A stretch of DNA of 64,000 nt, from contig CAOJZV010000005.1 in the NCBI GenBank assembly GCA_948466255.1, forward strand, positions 1,155 to 65,154, read 5' to 3'. The position numbers and the translations under genes were made by a program. This DNA is from an uncultured Bacillota bacterium (GTDB taxonomy: Bacteria > Bacillota_I > Bacilli_A > RF39 > UBA660). The notes beneath the pieces were generated by a model that was not told the DNA's origin, made no database searches, and worked only from the letters and a program-made list of their open reading frames with translations. Positions 1-10,013 of this stretch are shown one piece after another. Within the stretch, counting starts at the first letter, position 1. Each line of letters begins with the position of its first letter.

Positions 1-2
1 AA

Positions 3-734
3 TCAAGACTTTAATAAAGTTTTATTTACAGCGCTTATAATTTCACCAGAAATAGCCTTATATCCTTCTTTAGAAGGATGAATATCATTTTCATTTGGTA
101 AAAATCCTGGATTTTCTTTAAACAAATCGCTTATTTCAATATAAACAACATCATATTCTTCACTTATTTTTTTATATTTATTATTTAAATAGTTAAAAAT
201 ATCTTCTACATTATAATTATTTAAATAGGGGTAGGGATTATAATAACCAACTAAAACAATATCTTCCTTGCAATATTCCCTCATAAGTGAAAGCAATTCC
301 TCCAAATCATCACCCAAATCATCAATATAATTGTATAAAGAGCTATAATCAATCGGATTTTCAGTATTTATTTTATTAAGAATATCATTCGCACCTATTG
401 AAACAGTCACTAAATCTGCTTTGATAAGAGCATTTTGTAAAGTAATATTTTTTTTATTGATTTTTTCTTTTTTATTATCAGTAATAGAATTAATTAAATC
501 TGTAGTTCTATAACCATCTTCCGCAAATTGATCAACATAAGTTTCAAGTAATTTTTTACTTTTTAAATATTCACTTACATAATCAGAATAGCCCTTTATT
601 TTTTTGCCATAAGCTCCTTCTCCACTAGCTAAAGAATCTCCTAAAGCTAAATAATAAACTTTTTTATCCATATTGCATAAATAAATCAAGAATACAGATA
701 AAATTATTAAACAAGAAATTAATATCTTTTTCAC
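3..734 (-). CDS. SGNH/GDSL-family hydrolase, secreted or lipoprotein
   Basis: N-terminal signal/TM with a possible lipobox (LIYLCN); GDSLASG motif (GDSL active-site block); about 243 aa. Confidence 0.7.
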   Translation of the reverse strand: MKKILISCLIILSVFLIYLCNMDKKVYYLALGDSLASGEGAYGKKIKGYSDYVSEYLKSKKLLETYVDQFAEDGYRTTDLINSITDNKKEKINKKNITLQNALIKADLVTVSIGANDILNKINTENPIDYSSLYNYIDDLGDDLEELLSLMREYCKEDIVLVGYYNPYPYLNNYNVEDIFNYLNNKYKKISEEYDVVYIEISDLFKENPGFLPNENDIHPSKEGYKAISGEIISAVNKTLLKS

Positions 735-795
735 AAAACCACCTCAAAAAAAGTAGATATAAAATCTACTTTAATTATATTTTGAAGTCATAAAA

Positions 796-2058
796 TTATA
801 CATCTTCTAAAGAAATTTCCGCTCCAACTTTAGTTAGTTTTTTAATAAGGCCCGCATAACCTCTTAAAACATGTTTTACTTCTTTTATATTTGTTTCACC
901 TTCAGCTGCTAAAGCTGCCACAATTAAAGCTGCTCCCGCTCTTAAATCTGTTGTAATAACTTCTTTTCCTTGGAGTTTAATAGGACCTTTAACAGTTATT
1001 GTTCTATCGTTGATTTCAATATCTGCTCCCATTTCCACTAAATAAGGTACATTTTGAAATCTATTTTCATAAATAAGCTCTGTAACTGTGCTTGTTCCAC
1101 CCGCACTAGTTAATAAAGGTGTGATTGGTTGTTGTAAGTCTGTTGGGAAACCTGGATAAACCTCAGTTGTAATATCTATAGGTTTTAAATTAGGCACTTT
1201 ATTTACGATAACATAATTATCATAAACCTTAATATCTGCTCCCATTTCAGTAATTTTTTCTAACAAACTAGCAATATGCTCAGGAATGATATTATTAATT
1301 TTCAAATTCTTACCATTCATTACTCCTGCGATAATATATGTTCCAGCTTCTATTCTATCAGGAATAACCACTGAATTACCACCTTTTAATTCTTTGACCC
1401 CTTCAATTTCTAAAGTTCTAGTATCTTTACCAGTTATTTTAGCCCCCATATCATTTAATAAATCAATTACATTACCAACTTCAGGTTCTAAAGCAGCATT
1501 TCTAATAGTTGTTTTTCCTTCAGCTAAAACTGAAGCAAGTAAAATATTAATAGTAGCTCCTACACTAGCAAACCTAAGATTAATATCCGCACCAACTAAT
1601 TTATCTGCATCAATAATATATTTATCACCTTCACATATAACAGTTGCCCCTAATTTTTCAAAAGCTGACAAATGCAAATCAATAGGCCTTTCGCCTATTG
1701 AACATCCTCCTGGAAAATACATTTCAGCATGTTTAAACTTTCCAAGTAATGCTCCCATAAAATAAGAAGAAGCTCTAAGCATTTTAGAATATTCTAATGT
1801 AATAGGTTTATTTTCCATACCATTAGATTCAATAATTATTTCATCATCGTTTTTATTAAATTTAGCCCCCAAATAATTTAAAATAATTTCTAAAGCATCT
1901 ATATCAGAAATATCTGGAACATTAGTAATTTTCACCCTATCTGATAAAAGTGCGGCCGGAACAAGAGCAACCGCACTATTTTTTGCCCCACCTATTTCGA
2001 TCGTTCCACTTAAAGTTTTTCCACCATGTACTTTTAAAACTTCCATATTATCACTCAC
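796..2058 (-). CDS. murA: UDP-N-acetylglucosamine 1-carboxyvinyltransferase
   Basis: 420 aa; N-terminus KVHGGKTLSGTIEIGGAKNSAVALVPAALL is typical of MurA/EPSP-synthase-fold enolpyruvyl transferases. Confidence 0.9.
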   Translation of the reverse strand: MSDNMEVLKVHGGKTLSGTIEIGGAKNSAVALVPAALLSDRVKITNVPDISDIDALEIILNYLGAKFNKNDDEIIIESNGMENKPITLEYSKMLRASSYFMGALLGKFKHAEMYFPGGCSIGERPIDLHLSAFEKLGATVICEGDKYIIDADKLVGADINLRFASVGATINILLASVLAEGKTTIRNAALEPEVGNVIDLLNDMGAKITGKDTRTLEIEGVKELKGGNSVVIPDRIEAGTYIIAGVMNGKNLKINNIIPEHIASLLEKITEMGADIKVYDNYVIVNKVPNLKPIDITTEVYPGFPTDLQQPITPLLTSAGGTSTVTELIYENRFQNVPYLVEMGADIEINDRTITVKGPIKLQGKEVITTDLRAGAALIVAALAAEGETNIKEVKHVLRGYAGLIKKLTKVGAEISLEDV

Positions 2059-2213
2059 AATCTATATTAACATATGTGATTAACCCACAAACGTGATTTG
2101 TTCTTAAATAATATTATACACCAACAATTATAATTTTAAAAGAAATAAACTAATAATTATTTTCTTTAGTTTTTTGCATAGAAAAAAGCAATGTATTATA
2201 CATTTACTTTACA

Positions 2214-2744
2214 TTATAGAGCATAAATTATCCCTATTATAACTAAAACAGCTCCACCAAAAACAGTTGCTATTTTCCCGACTAATTTTTCAATTTTATT
2301 ACCTAAAAACAAGCCAAATAAAGTGAAAAACATACTACAAAAAGCAAATATAACCGCTGAAAGTATATAGTTTTCACTAATGCTAGTAAGTGTCAAGCCA
2401 ACAGAAAAACTATCTATGCTAACTGCAAACGCAAATAGAAAAAGTTCTATAGTTTTCATAACCTTTAAATTTTCTTTTTCATTAAAAGATTCAAAAATCA
2501 TTTGAATACCAATAACTAATAAAACAATAAATACAATTACATCTGGATTAATTTTAATTAAATTTAAAATATTTATTCCAACAAACATACCAATAAGCGG
2601 CATAAAAAAATGAAATAAACCAACAATAGCTGATAAAAGAAAAATCTGCTTTTTTGGAATACCTAAAGTCCCATAGGCTAAAGATAAAGAAAAAGCATCC
2701 ATACTTAAACTAACTGCAACCACTAAAACTAATAAAAATTCCAT
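2214..2744 (-). CDS. mntP: manganese efflux pump MntP family
   Basis: 176 aa polytopic membrane protein; N-terminus MEFLLVLVVAVSLSMDAFSLSLAYG is characteristic of MntP/YebN. Confidence 0.75.
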   Translation of the reverse strand: MEFLLVLVVAVSLSMDAFSLSLAYGTLGIPKKQIFLLSAIVGLFHFFMPLIGMFVGINILNLIKINPDVIVFIVLLVIGIQMIFESFNEKENLKVMKTIELFLFAFAVSIDSFSVGLTLTSISENYILSAVIFAFCSMFFTLFGLFLGNKIEKLVGKIATVFGGAVLVIIGIIYAL

Positions 2745-2788
2745 AAAAGCCTCCTATAAAATATTATTATTAGAAGGCTTTAATATTA

Positions 2789-3313
2789 CTATAAATACTT
2801 ATCTAATAATTCTTTAACAATCGATTTATATTCTACATCAGTACTTTCCTCAGCTTCAATTAAACATAAAGGAGGAAACAATACACACCACCAATTATCA
2901 CCTTTACCTTCACCTAAAGTAACTAATAAAGATTCATAATATCCTTCTTCATATTTCACACCTTTATATTCCTTCTCAGGAAAATAATTCATTCCAAAAT
3001 TAACATCATAATTTTTATTATATTTTTCCCTTTCTAAAACTTGACCTACATTATTTTTAATAGAATCTAAATTTTCTAAGATAACTTTTCTAGCATCACC
3101 GCTACTTTTTGTATCTTTTAACAAATTATACATAGAAGTTTGAAGTTCATCACGAACTTTACCTTTTACCTTTTGGTCATAGTCAGAATTACTATTAGGC
3201 ACAACCCTAATTCTAATTGCATCTTCTGGAATTTCTATGTTTTTTGCCATTACATCAGAAATAATAAAATAAAAACCAAATATAAATAACAATAAAATAA
3301 TAGTCTTTTTCAT
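2789..3313 (-). CDS. spoIIR: stage II sporulation protein R
   Basis: signal peptide; IRIRVVPNSNSD and GDNWWCVLFPPLC motifs match B. subtilis SpoIIR (IRLRILANSDSD / GANWWCVLFPPLC). Confidence 0.75.
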   Translation of the reverse strand: MKKTIILLLFIFGFYFIISDVMAKNIEIPEDAIRIRVVPNSNSDYDQKVKGKVRDELQTSMYNLLKDTKSSGDARKVILENLDSIKNNVGQVLEREKYNKNYDVNFGMNYFPEKEYKGVKYEEGYYESLLVTLGEGKGDNWWCVLFPPLCLIEAEESTDVEYKSIVKELLDKYL

Positions 3314-3362
3314 AAAAAATCTACCCTCCTATTTAATCTTGGGTAGATTTGTTAAGTTTTAT

Positions 3363-3812
3363 TCATTTATGATAATTTTCATTGTTATTTATTTTGAAAG
3401 CTCTATATATTTGTTCAAGTAAAACAACCCTAAATAATTGATGTGGAAAAGTCATTTTAGAAAAAGATAAAGCAAAATTACTACGTTTTTTTATTTCTGA
3501 AGAAAGTCCATACGATCCTCCAATAACAAATACTATATTAGAATAACTAATAAAAGTATTAGAAATTTTAGAGGCAAACTCTAAAGAAGAAAGTTCCTTT
3601 CCACCGATTTCCATAGTTATTACATAATCATTATCCTTAATATGTTTATCAATTCTAGAGCCTTCAATTTTTAAAGCTTTTTCTACGTTAGCCTCATCCA
3701 TAACTTCCATTATTTCAAGTTTAGTATATTTAGATAAACGTTTTTTATACTCTTCAATCGCATCTCTATAAAACTTTTCTTTAATTTTTCCAACACATAT
3801 AATTTTAATCAT
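3363..3812 (-). CDS. rlmH: 23S rRNA (pseudouridine1915-N3)-methyltransferase, SPOUT family
   Basis: 149 aa; MIKIICVGKIKEKFYRDAIEEYKKRL N-terminus typical of RlmH; 4-nt overlap with the upstream gene (operon). Confidence 0.85.
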   Translation of the reverse strand: MIKIICVGKIKEKFYRDAIEEYKKRLSKYTKLEIMEVMDEANVEKALKIEGSRIDKHIKDNDYVITMEIGGKELSSLEFASKISNTFISYSNIVFVIGGSYGLSSEIKKRSNFALSFSKMTFPHQLFRVVLLEQIYRAFKINNNENYHK

Positions 3813-4567
3813 AATTCGATAACTTCCGTTCTCTCTTTTTGTTTGGCAATCAATAATCTAGGTGCCTGTTTACCACTTTTTTTATACGCCGTCTTATAAG
3901 CTTCAATAGCTTTTTCGGGGCTATTATTTTCCTCACTTAAATGCGCTAAAATAACACTTTTTGTTTTCTTGCCAGTAAATTCAGTTAAATAATAAGCGCA
4001 ATCTTTATTAGATAAATGTCCTTTATCTCCTAAAATTCGTTGTTTTAAATGATAAGGATATTTCCCATTCATAAGCATTTCTATATCATGATTACTTTCT
4101 AAAACATACAAGTCATGATTTTTTAATTTATTATAATTACGCACATGAATATAACCGGTATCCGTCATATACATAAGAGATTTTCCTTCAGATACAAACA
4201 CATAACCATTAGAATCCGCAACATCGTGAGAAGTTTTAACCGGGATAATTTTTAAATCATTAATATCCATATCGCCATTTATATAAACATAATCATCAAT
4301 TAACAGTCCTAATTCTTCATCCATTTTTTCTGTAAGATAAACTATTGGGGCATATTTTTTTAGAAAAACACGCAGACCATTAATATGGTCTGTGTGTGTA
4401 TGGGTTAAGAAAATTCTTTCAATCGATGAAGGCTCAACACCTATTTCTCTTAAACTGTTTTCAACATAACTACAGCTCATACCAATATCGATTAAAGATT
4501 TAGTCCCATTTGTTTCAATATAAGTGCAATTTCCTTTACTGCCACTTGCTAAAACACAAACTTTCAT
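3809..4567 (-). CDS. MBL-fold metallo-hydrolase (YycJ/WalJ-like)
   Basis: HTHTDHINGL metal-binding motif (HxHxDH); 252 aa; translationally coupled to the flanking genes. Confidence 0.75.
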   Translation of the reverse strand: MKVCVLASGSKGNCTYIETNGTKSLIDIGMSCSYVENSLREIGVEPSSIERIFLTHTHTDHINGLRVFLKKYAPIVYLTEKMDEELGLLIDDYVYINGDMDINDLKIIPVKTSHDVADSNGYVFVSEGKSLMYMTDTGYIHVRNYNKLKNHDLYVLESNHDIEMLMNGKYPYHLKQRILGDKGHLSNKDCAYYLTEFTGKKTKSVILAHLSEENNSPEKAIEAYKTAYKKSGKQAPRLLIAKQKERTEVIEL

Positions 4568-6039
4568 TATCTATAACCACCTGGATAAAGAACTGATGGA
4601 TTTATATGATTCCATTTAGAACCTTTCCAAACTTCATAATGAACATGTGGACCAGTACAAGAACCTGTACAACCAACATAACCAATAACTTGTCCACGTG
4701 CTACAGTCTGACCTTTTTTAACAGCAATTCTAGACATATGAGCATAAAGAGTCATATACCCATTATTATGATTAATAACAACGTAATTACCATAACTATA
4801 ATGACGTTCAGCAATCATAACAACCCCATTATTAGTAGCATATATTTTAGAGCCATAACCAGTACCACTTATATCAAGACCAGTATGTAACTCGCGGCCT
4901 CTTCCGACAGGACTATTACGATAAGCATATCCACTGCTCATTCTCCAACCACTATCAGTTGGCCATCCCCAGTTAGTAAGGCTTCCAACACCAGAAACAT
5001 ATTTGCTTCCCTTTAAAATTATTTTATTAACAGATGATTTTAAAACTTGTTTCCCCTGTGGATTTACATAAACTATTTCCCCATTAATCTGTTTTACATT
5101 TTGTGATACTCTAACAAGACCATTTTGACCTTCTTGAATAACTTTTTCATCACCCATTAAAAGTGAACTATCATATTTTTCTTCAGTTTTATATCTACTT
5201 TCAATATCCTCAACCACATAACTTTCTTCAACAACACTTATTTTAGGATTTGTTTCAGCTATTTTAAGTTGTTGCCCTGGATATAATAAATTAGTCCTGC
5301 TAGTTAAAGTATCATTAGCTAAAAGCAGTTCTTCTGGGTTTACTTTATTTTCAAAAGCAACCGTTTCTATAGTATCTCCAGCTTTAACATTATATACGCT
5401 TTCTTTAACTTCATCACCATACATTAAATATTTGCTTAAATCATTAACATCGGTAAATATTTTTTCATCAACTGGAATTTTAGTTTCTTTTACAGTAATA
5501 TCCTCATCAACATAAACATTTTCAATAGTTTGTCCAGTTGTATCAATTTTAGATTGATCATCATCTAAATATTTTTGATAAGCATCTTTACCAACATAAG
5601 TGTCAATCAAATTAGCTACAGCCTGTTTAAAAGTATCTTTTTTCAAAACATTTATTTTTATTGGCTTTTCTTTTTTATCTTCGCTTTTTGGTTTAATTGT
5701 CATTACATAACCATTTATTGTAAAAGAAGAATCTTTATTTATTTTCTTATAAATTTTTGAAACTGGTGTAACATCACCAGAAAAAGTAGTAACTTTCTTT
5801 ACCTGCAATCCTTCAGGAGCATAAACTTTTTCTACTTTATACTTGTTTTTATAGTACTGTCCATTCTTATCAATATAATTATCAAGTTCTTCTTTACTTT
5901 CGATTGTTCCTAAAAGCTTTTTATCTAAAAACACTTGATAATAATTGTTAGGAATTGGAGCTTTTTTAGCTTTAAATCCCAACAAACAAACCCCCGACAA
6001 AATGATTGCAATACCAACCACAATCACTAGTTTTTTCAT
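4567..6039 (-). CDS. M23-family metallopeptidase with N-terminal membrane anchor and LysM/G5-like region
   Basis: C-terminal HTGLDI ... GYVGCTGSCTGPHVHYEV matches the LytM/M23 catalytic signature; N-terminal TM helix. Confidence 0.8.
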   Translation of the reverse strand: MKKLVIVVGIAIILSGVCLLGFKAKKAPIPNNYYQVFLDKKLLGTIESKEELDNYIDKNGQYYKNKYKVEKVYAPEGLQVKKVTTFSGDVTPVSKIYKKINKDSSFTINGYVMTIKPKSEDKKEKPIKINVLKKDTFKQAVANLIDTYVGKDAYQKYLDDDQSKIDTTGQTIENVYVDEDITVKETKIPVDEKIFTDVNDLSKYLMYGDEVKESVYNVKAGDTIETVAFENKVNPEELLLANDTLTSRTNLLYPGQQLKIAETNPKISVVEESYVVEDIESRYKTEEKYDSSLLMGDEKVIQEGQNGLVRVSQNVKQINGEIVYVNPQGKQVLKSSVNKIILKGSKYVSGVGSLTNWGWPTDSGWRMSSGYAYRNSPVGRGRELHTGLDISGTGYGSKIYATNNGVVMIAERHYSYGNYVVINHNNGYMTLYAHMSRIAVKKGQTVARGQVIGYVGCTGSCTGPHVHYEVWKGSKWNHINPSVLYPGGYR

Positions 6040-6047
6040 TCTATCAC

Positions 6048-7388
6048 CTACTCACTATCACGTTCTTTACTAAAGAAAGAACTAGTATTACGTTTAAATA
6101 TTAAATCAACAGTTGCGGTTGGTCCATTACGATGTTTTGCGATAATAAATTCACTATTACTTGTGTATTCATCAATAGCTGCTTCTTTATTATAATAATC
6201 ATCACGATACAAGAAAGATACAATGTCTGCATCTTGTTCAATAGAACCAGACTCTCTTAAATCAGATAAAAGTGGTCTTTTATCTTCACGGCCTTCAACA
6301 CTACGAGAAAGTTGAGCTAACGCAATAACTGGAATCCCAAGTTCCAAGGCCATAGTTTTTAAAGAACGAGAAATTTCTGATACTTCTTGTTGTCTTTGAC
6401 CAGCATATTTTGATCCACCACTAATTAATTGTAAGTAGTCGATTATAACAACATCTAATCCATCACTAGAATTAGCAAGTCGACGACATTTTGCCCTGAT
6501 TTCACTAACTGTCATACCTGGAGTATCATCAATAAACATTTTTGTATCAGCAAGTCTACTAATAGACTCATTAACTCTCTTCCAATCTTGGTGTTCTAAT
6601 TTTCCTGTAATTAGTTTTCCCATATCTATTTGGCCAACAGAAGCAAACATTCTATTAATTAATTGTTCCGCACCCATTTCCATATTAAATAAAGCTACTG
6701 TCTTTTTAGAATTTATTGCCATATTTACAGCTAAATTTAATGCAAAAGCAGTTTTACCCATTGCCGGACGAGCGGCGATAATAATCAATTCATTTGGATG
6801 TAATCCTTTGGTAATTCTATCTAAATCATAAAATCCTGTTGGAATACCAGTAATTTCTCCTTTTTGTTTAGATAATTCCTCCAAATCAGCTTGGGCCTTA
6901 AATAAAACATCTTGAATAGTTCTAAATTCCGTACCCATTCTATTCTTAATAACACTCTGCATTTGTTTTTCTGCTTCGTCTAAAATATCACCAATATTAT
7001 CAGTAGAACCAAAACCATCACCAGCTATTTTAGTTGCTGTTTCAATTAAAGCTCTTCTTAAAAATTTTTCTTCGACAATTTTTAAATAATAGTCTACATT
7101 AGCAGCTGTTGGTACACAATTTATAATTTCAGTTAAATATTCAACCCCACCAACTGTCCCTAATTCTTTGCGTTTATCTAATTCAGCAGTAACAGTTGTA
7201 ATATCAATCGGATTACCTTTTTCAGCCAAATACTTTATAACTTCAAAAATTTTACCATGAGATGCCAAATAAAAACGCTCTTTAGTCATCTCTTCTAAAA
7301 CCTTTTCTAAAGCATACTTACTCAAAAACATAGAACCTAAAACTGCTTGTTCTGCGTCTATATTATTAGGCATTATTTTTTCATTCAT
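6048..7388 (-). CDS. dnaB: replicative DNA helicase (DnaB family; DnaC in Bacillus nomenclature)
   Basis: 446 aa; N-terminal DnaB motif NIDAEQAVLGSMFL; Walker A GKTAFALN; conserved position next to rplI. Confidence 0.9.
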   Translation of the reverse strand: MNEKIMPNNIDAEQAVLGSMFLSKYALEKVLEEMTKERFYLASHGKIFEVIKYLAEKGNPIDITTVTAELDKRKELGTVGGVEYLTEIINCVPTAANVDYYLKIVEEKFLRRALIETATKIAGDGFGSTDNIGDILDEAEKQMQSVIKNRMGTEFRTIQDVLFKAQADLEELSKQKGEITGIPTGFYDLDRITKGLHPNELIIIAARPAMGKTAFALNLAVNMAINSKKTVALFNMEMGAEQLINRMFASVGQIDMGKLITGKLEHQDWKRVNESISRLADTKMFIDDTPGMTVSEIRAKCRRLANSSDGLDVVIIDYLQLISGGSKYAGQRQQEVSEISRSLKTMALELGIPVIALAQLSRSVEGREDKRPLLSDLRESGSIEQDADIVSFLYRDDYYNKEAAIDEYTSNSEFIIAKHRNGPTATVDLIFKRNTSSFFSKERDSE

Positions 7389-7398
7389 ACTATCACCT

Positions 7399-7836
7399 TC
7401 ATTTTGTTAAATGGACTTTTACTTTAGCGATTACCTCTTTGTGTAGTTCTATTTCTACTTCAGTAATTCCTAAATTATTAATTGGTACATCAATTTTTAT
7501 TTTCCTTTTATCAATATCAATACCTCTATTTTTTAATTCACTAGCTATTTGTTTCGTACTTACTGTACCAAAAACTTGATCGTTTTTTCCAACTTTAACT
7601 TTAAAATCTAAAGTCATTTTGGAAAGTTTATCTTTTATTTTATTACATTCATTAATCTTTTTTTCTTCTGCTTCTTTAGCGAGCTTGTTTTGTTTATCTA
7701 AAACAGCCTTACTGCCTTTTGTTTCTAAAACAGCTAAGTTGTTTGTAATTAAATAATTACCATAACCATCTTTAACATTTATAGTTTGTCCCTTTTTTCC
7801 TTGCTTTTTTACATCTTCTAAAAGTATAACGCGCAT
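7399..7836 (-). CDS. rplI: 50S ribosomal protein L9
   Basis: MRVILLEDVKKQGKKGQTINVKDGYGNYL; 145 aa. Confidence 0.9.
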   Translation of the reverse strand: MRVILLEDVKKQGKKGQTINVKDGYGNYLITNNLAVLETKGSKAVLDKQNKLAKEAEEKKINECNKIKDKLSKMTLDFKVKVGKNDQVFGTVSTKQIASELKNRGIDIDKRKIKIDVPINNLGITEVEIELHKEVIAKVKVHLTK

Positions 7837-7837
7837 T

Positions 7838-8821
7838 TTATCCCTCCATGACTACATTTTTTATCATTTCAACAACTTCGGCATTACTCTTATCAGTAAA
7901 TTGTGCGGCTGCATCAGTAACATGCCCGCCACCTCCTATAGCACTCATAAGAACAGCAGCACTAACTTTTCCCATAGAACGTGCGCTCACACAAACATTT
8001 CCATTACTTAATCTACCTACTGCAAACGATACTTGGACATCATCAAATCTTAAAAGTTCATCAGCCAATATAGCTAAATCAACATTATCATTAATATCGT
8101 CACCCATATCACATAATAAATATCCATCAGTTATAAAATAACTTCCTTTAATATGTTCATTTCTTTTTATCGCATCGTCCTTTGACTCTTTTAGTAACTC
8201 TTTTTTAATAATAGGATCTGCTCCTAATCTAGCCAAAATACCTGCCATTTTAAAAGTATTTTCAGTTGTTTTTAAACTATAAGAATGTGTATCAACTTCC
8301 ATACCAGCTGATAATATTGTAATAATAATTGGATTTAAACTTTTATTTAAATAAACTAAATACTCTGTAATAATTTCAACAATGCTAGATTTATTTGAAT
8401 TAATATATTCAAATACTGTATTAGAAATATGTTCAGAACTATTGGTGTGATGATCGATTACAAAAATATCTTTTATTTTATCTAATAATTCAGGATTTTG
8501 AACTAACATTGGTTTTTGAGTATCTAAAACAATAAGTAAAGTGTTTTCGTTAATGAAATTTAATACTTCTGAATATGTTTTAAAATTAACTTCAATATTG
8601 TTCTCTTTCAATAAATCAACTGTTTTTTCTACAGAAATAGTTGCCTTATCATCAGGATAAATAACAAAACAATCTTTTTTAAAACTTTGGATAATTTTAG
8701 ATAAAGCAATCGCACTTCCCATACCATCTAAATCAGGGTGTTTATGTGTCATTATTACTACATTAAAATGTGATTTAATATTTTCAGTTAATTTTTTAAA
8801 TAAGTAATCCATCGTTTTCAC
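7838..8821 (-). CDS. DHH-DHHA1 family phosphoesterase (NrnA/short GdpP-type)
   Basis: DHH motif (VIDHH) and GGGH motif; 327 aa; occupies the rplI-adjacent slot normally held by GdpP but lacks the TM/PAS/GGDEF N-terminal half. Confidence 0.7.
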   Translation of the reverse strand: MKTMDYLFKKLTENIKSHFNVVIMTHKHPDLDGMGSAIALSKIIQSFKKDCFVIYPDDKATISVEKTVDLLKENNIEVNFKTYSEVLNFINENTLLIVLDTQKPMLVQNPELLDKIKDIFVIDHHTNSSEHISNTVFEYINSNKSSIVEIITEYLVYLNKSLNPIIITILSAGMEVDTHSYSLKTTENTFKMAGILARLGADPIIKKELLKESKDDAIKRNEHIKGSYFITDGYLLCDMGDDINDNVDLAILADELLRFDDVQVSFAVGRLSNGNVCVSARSMGKVSAAVLMSAIGGGGHVTDAAAQFTDKSNAEVVEMIKNVVMEG

Positions 8822-8961
8822 CTCTAATTAATATTATACTATAATTTTAGATTATTGTCTTTAATTAAAAAGAAAAAAACTATGTTTTACAAAATACCAA
8901 TAAGATGTGGTACTTTTTCTATAAAAATATAATTCATTCAAAGAAAAAGAAATAGATAAAA

Positions 8962-9876
8962 CTATTTTAGTTCTTCTATTTCTTCTTTAGTTAAACCTGT
9001 AACTTTTGTTATTGTTTCAATATCAATGTTTTCTGCAAGCATGTTTTTAGCTATTTCTATCTTTTCTTCTTTTTTGCCTTCAATTTTCCCTTCGATTTTT
9101 CCTTCCTCTTGGGCATTACTAATTTTTTCATACTCTACCAAAGCATCTAGCTTTTCTTTTTCCCATTCATGTAAAACAAATTCATCTTTACTCATTCTTA
9201 TCACATCTCCTATAAACTTATCTAATTCGTTTTCTTCTAAGATGTTTCTTAATATATCATAAATTTCTGTAAATGTCTTGGCTGTTAAAGCAGCTAACCA
9301 TACTGTTTCTTCTTCTCTATCTCCATTATAATATAACTTTCTATATACTTCAAGATATTTTAAAACAATCACAAAATTTTCATGATATACTTCTTTTTTT
9401 GTTATATCATAAGGTACTATTATGTTTTCTTTTCTGCCATAATTTTTCCCTCTTGTATTTATATTTAATTGAAATAAGTATACATCTTTTAATTTAGATA
9501 CTTTTTCCCCTTTTTCTAAAAGTGTTGAAAATAGTTTTGTTTGTAATAAAAAATTTCTTAATTTTACATTTTTAAATTGTTCTGTATTTATTTCTACTGA
9601 TATATGCATATTATCATTTAATATTGCATGCATATCTACCACCTTTTGATACTCTTTATGATTTTCCTTTAAAAGTTCATTTGGCCCAAAAGTCATTTTA
9701 GTATCTTCTGGTAGTTTTTCTAAATGTAAAGACGATATTATTAATCTTTTTAAAGCGTTTTTATTTGATAGAAATATTCCTTTAAAACAAGGATCAAAAA
9801 CAATTGGAATAAGTTTACAAGTTTTATCTAATTCTACTAAATCTTCTCTAGTATAAATAGATTGTGTATCAGTCAT
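8962..9876 (-). mobile_element. Rpn-family recombination-promoting nuclease / PD-(D/E)XK putative transposase
   Basis: N-terminal DPCFKGIF block and C-terminal EGKIEGKIEGKKEEKIEIAKNMLAENIDIETITKVTGLTKEEIEEL tail are typical of the PF12784/TIGR01784 putative-transposase family. Confidence 0.65.
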
Positions 9877-9981
9877 ATAATCACCATCCTTTCATTTGTC
9901 ATGACTGATTAGGAAGGTAAATTTTACCTTCGTATATATCCTACTGTTTTTCTATATCAAATTCCTTCTTAAAAACGAAAA

Positions 9982-10003
9982 AAATTGCAAAAAAATGCAA
10001 TTT
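9982..10003 (-). terminator. Rho-independent terminator (minus strand) after the 146-aa gene
   Basis: inverted repeat AAATTGCA-N6-TGCAATTT followed on the minus-strand transcript by UUUUUCGUUUUU. Confidence 0.5.
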
Positions 10004-10013
10004 CTTTATTTTT

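Noticed and set aside
1286-1765. 159-aa plus-strand ORF inside murA and many other 60-100-aa antisense ORFs listed in the track (for example 4606-4890, 5575-5760, 7848-8141, 9026-9497, 11390-11883, 12371-12592, 18382-18582, 19741-19947, 22431-22661, 24356-24553, 32236-32772, 36422-36859, 40773-41480, 43169-43951, 46006-46592, 48469-48889, 49811-50041, 57340-57613, 57845-58072, 58232-58960, 59865-60200, 62090-62368, 63117-63583)
   Set aside because: They lie antisense to, or overlap in alternative frames with, long well-supported genes. They have low-complexity F/L/I/Y-rich translations typical of AT-rich antisense frames and no RBS.
4681-4700. CACGTG core (TTGTCCACGTGCTACA) inside the M23 peptidase gene
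   Set aside because: 4 mismatches to parS; only the central hexamer is shared.
9060-9120. Short tandem DNA repeats (ttcaattttcccttcg / atttttccttcc) that could look like a micro-array
   Set aside because: They encode the EGKIEGKIEGK peptide repeat of the Rpn-family protein. They are coding, with only two or three units and no spacer structure, so this is not a CRISPR array. No CRISPR array was seen anywhere in the window.
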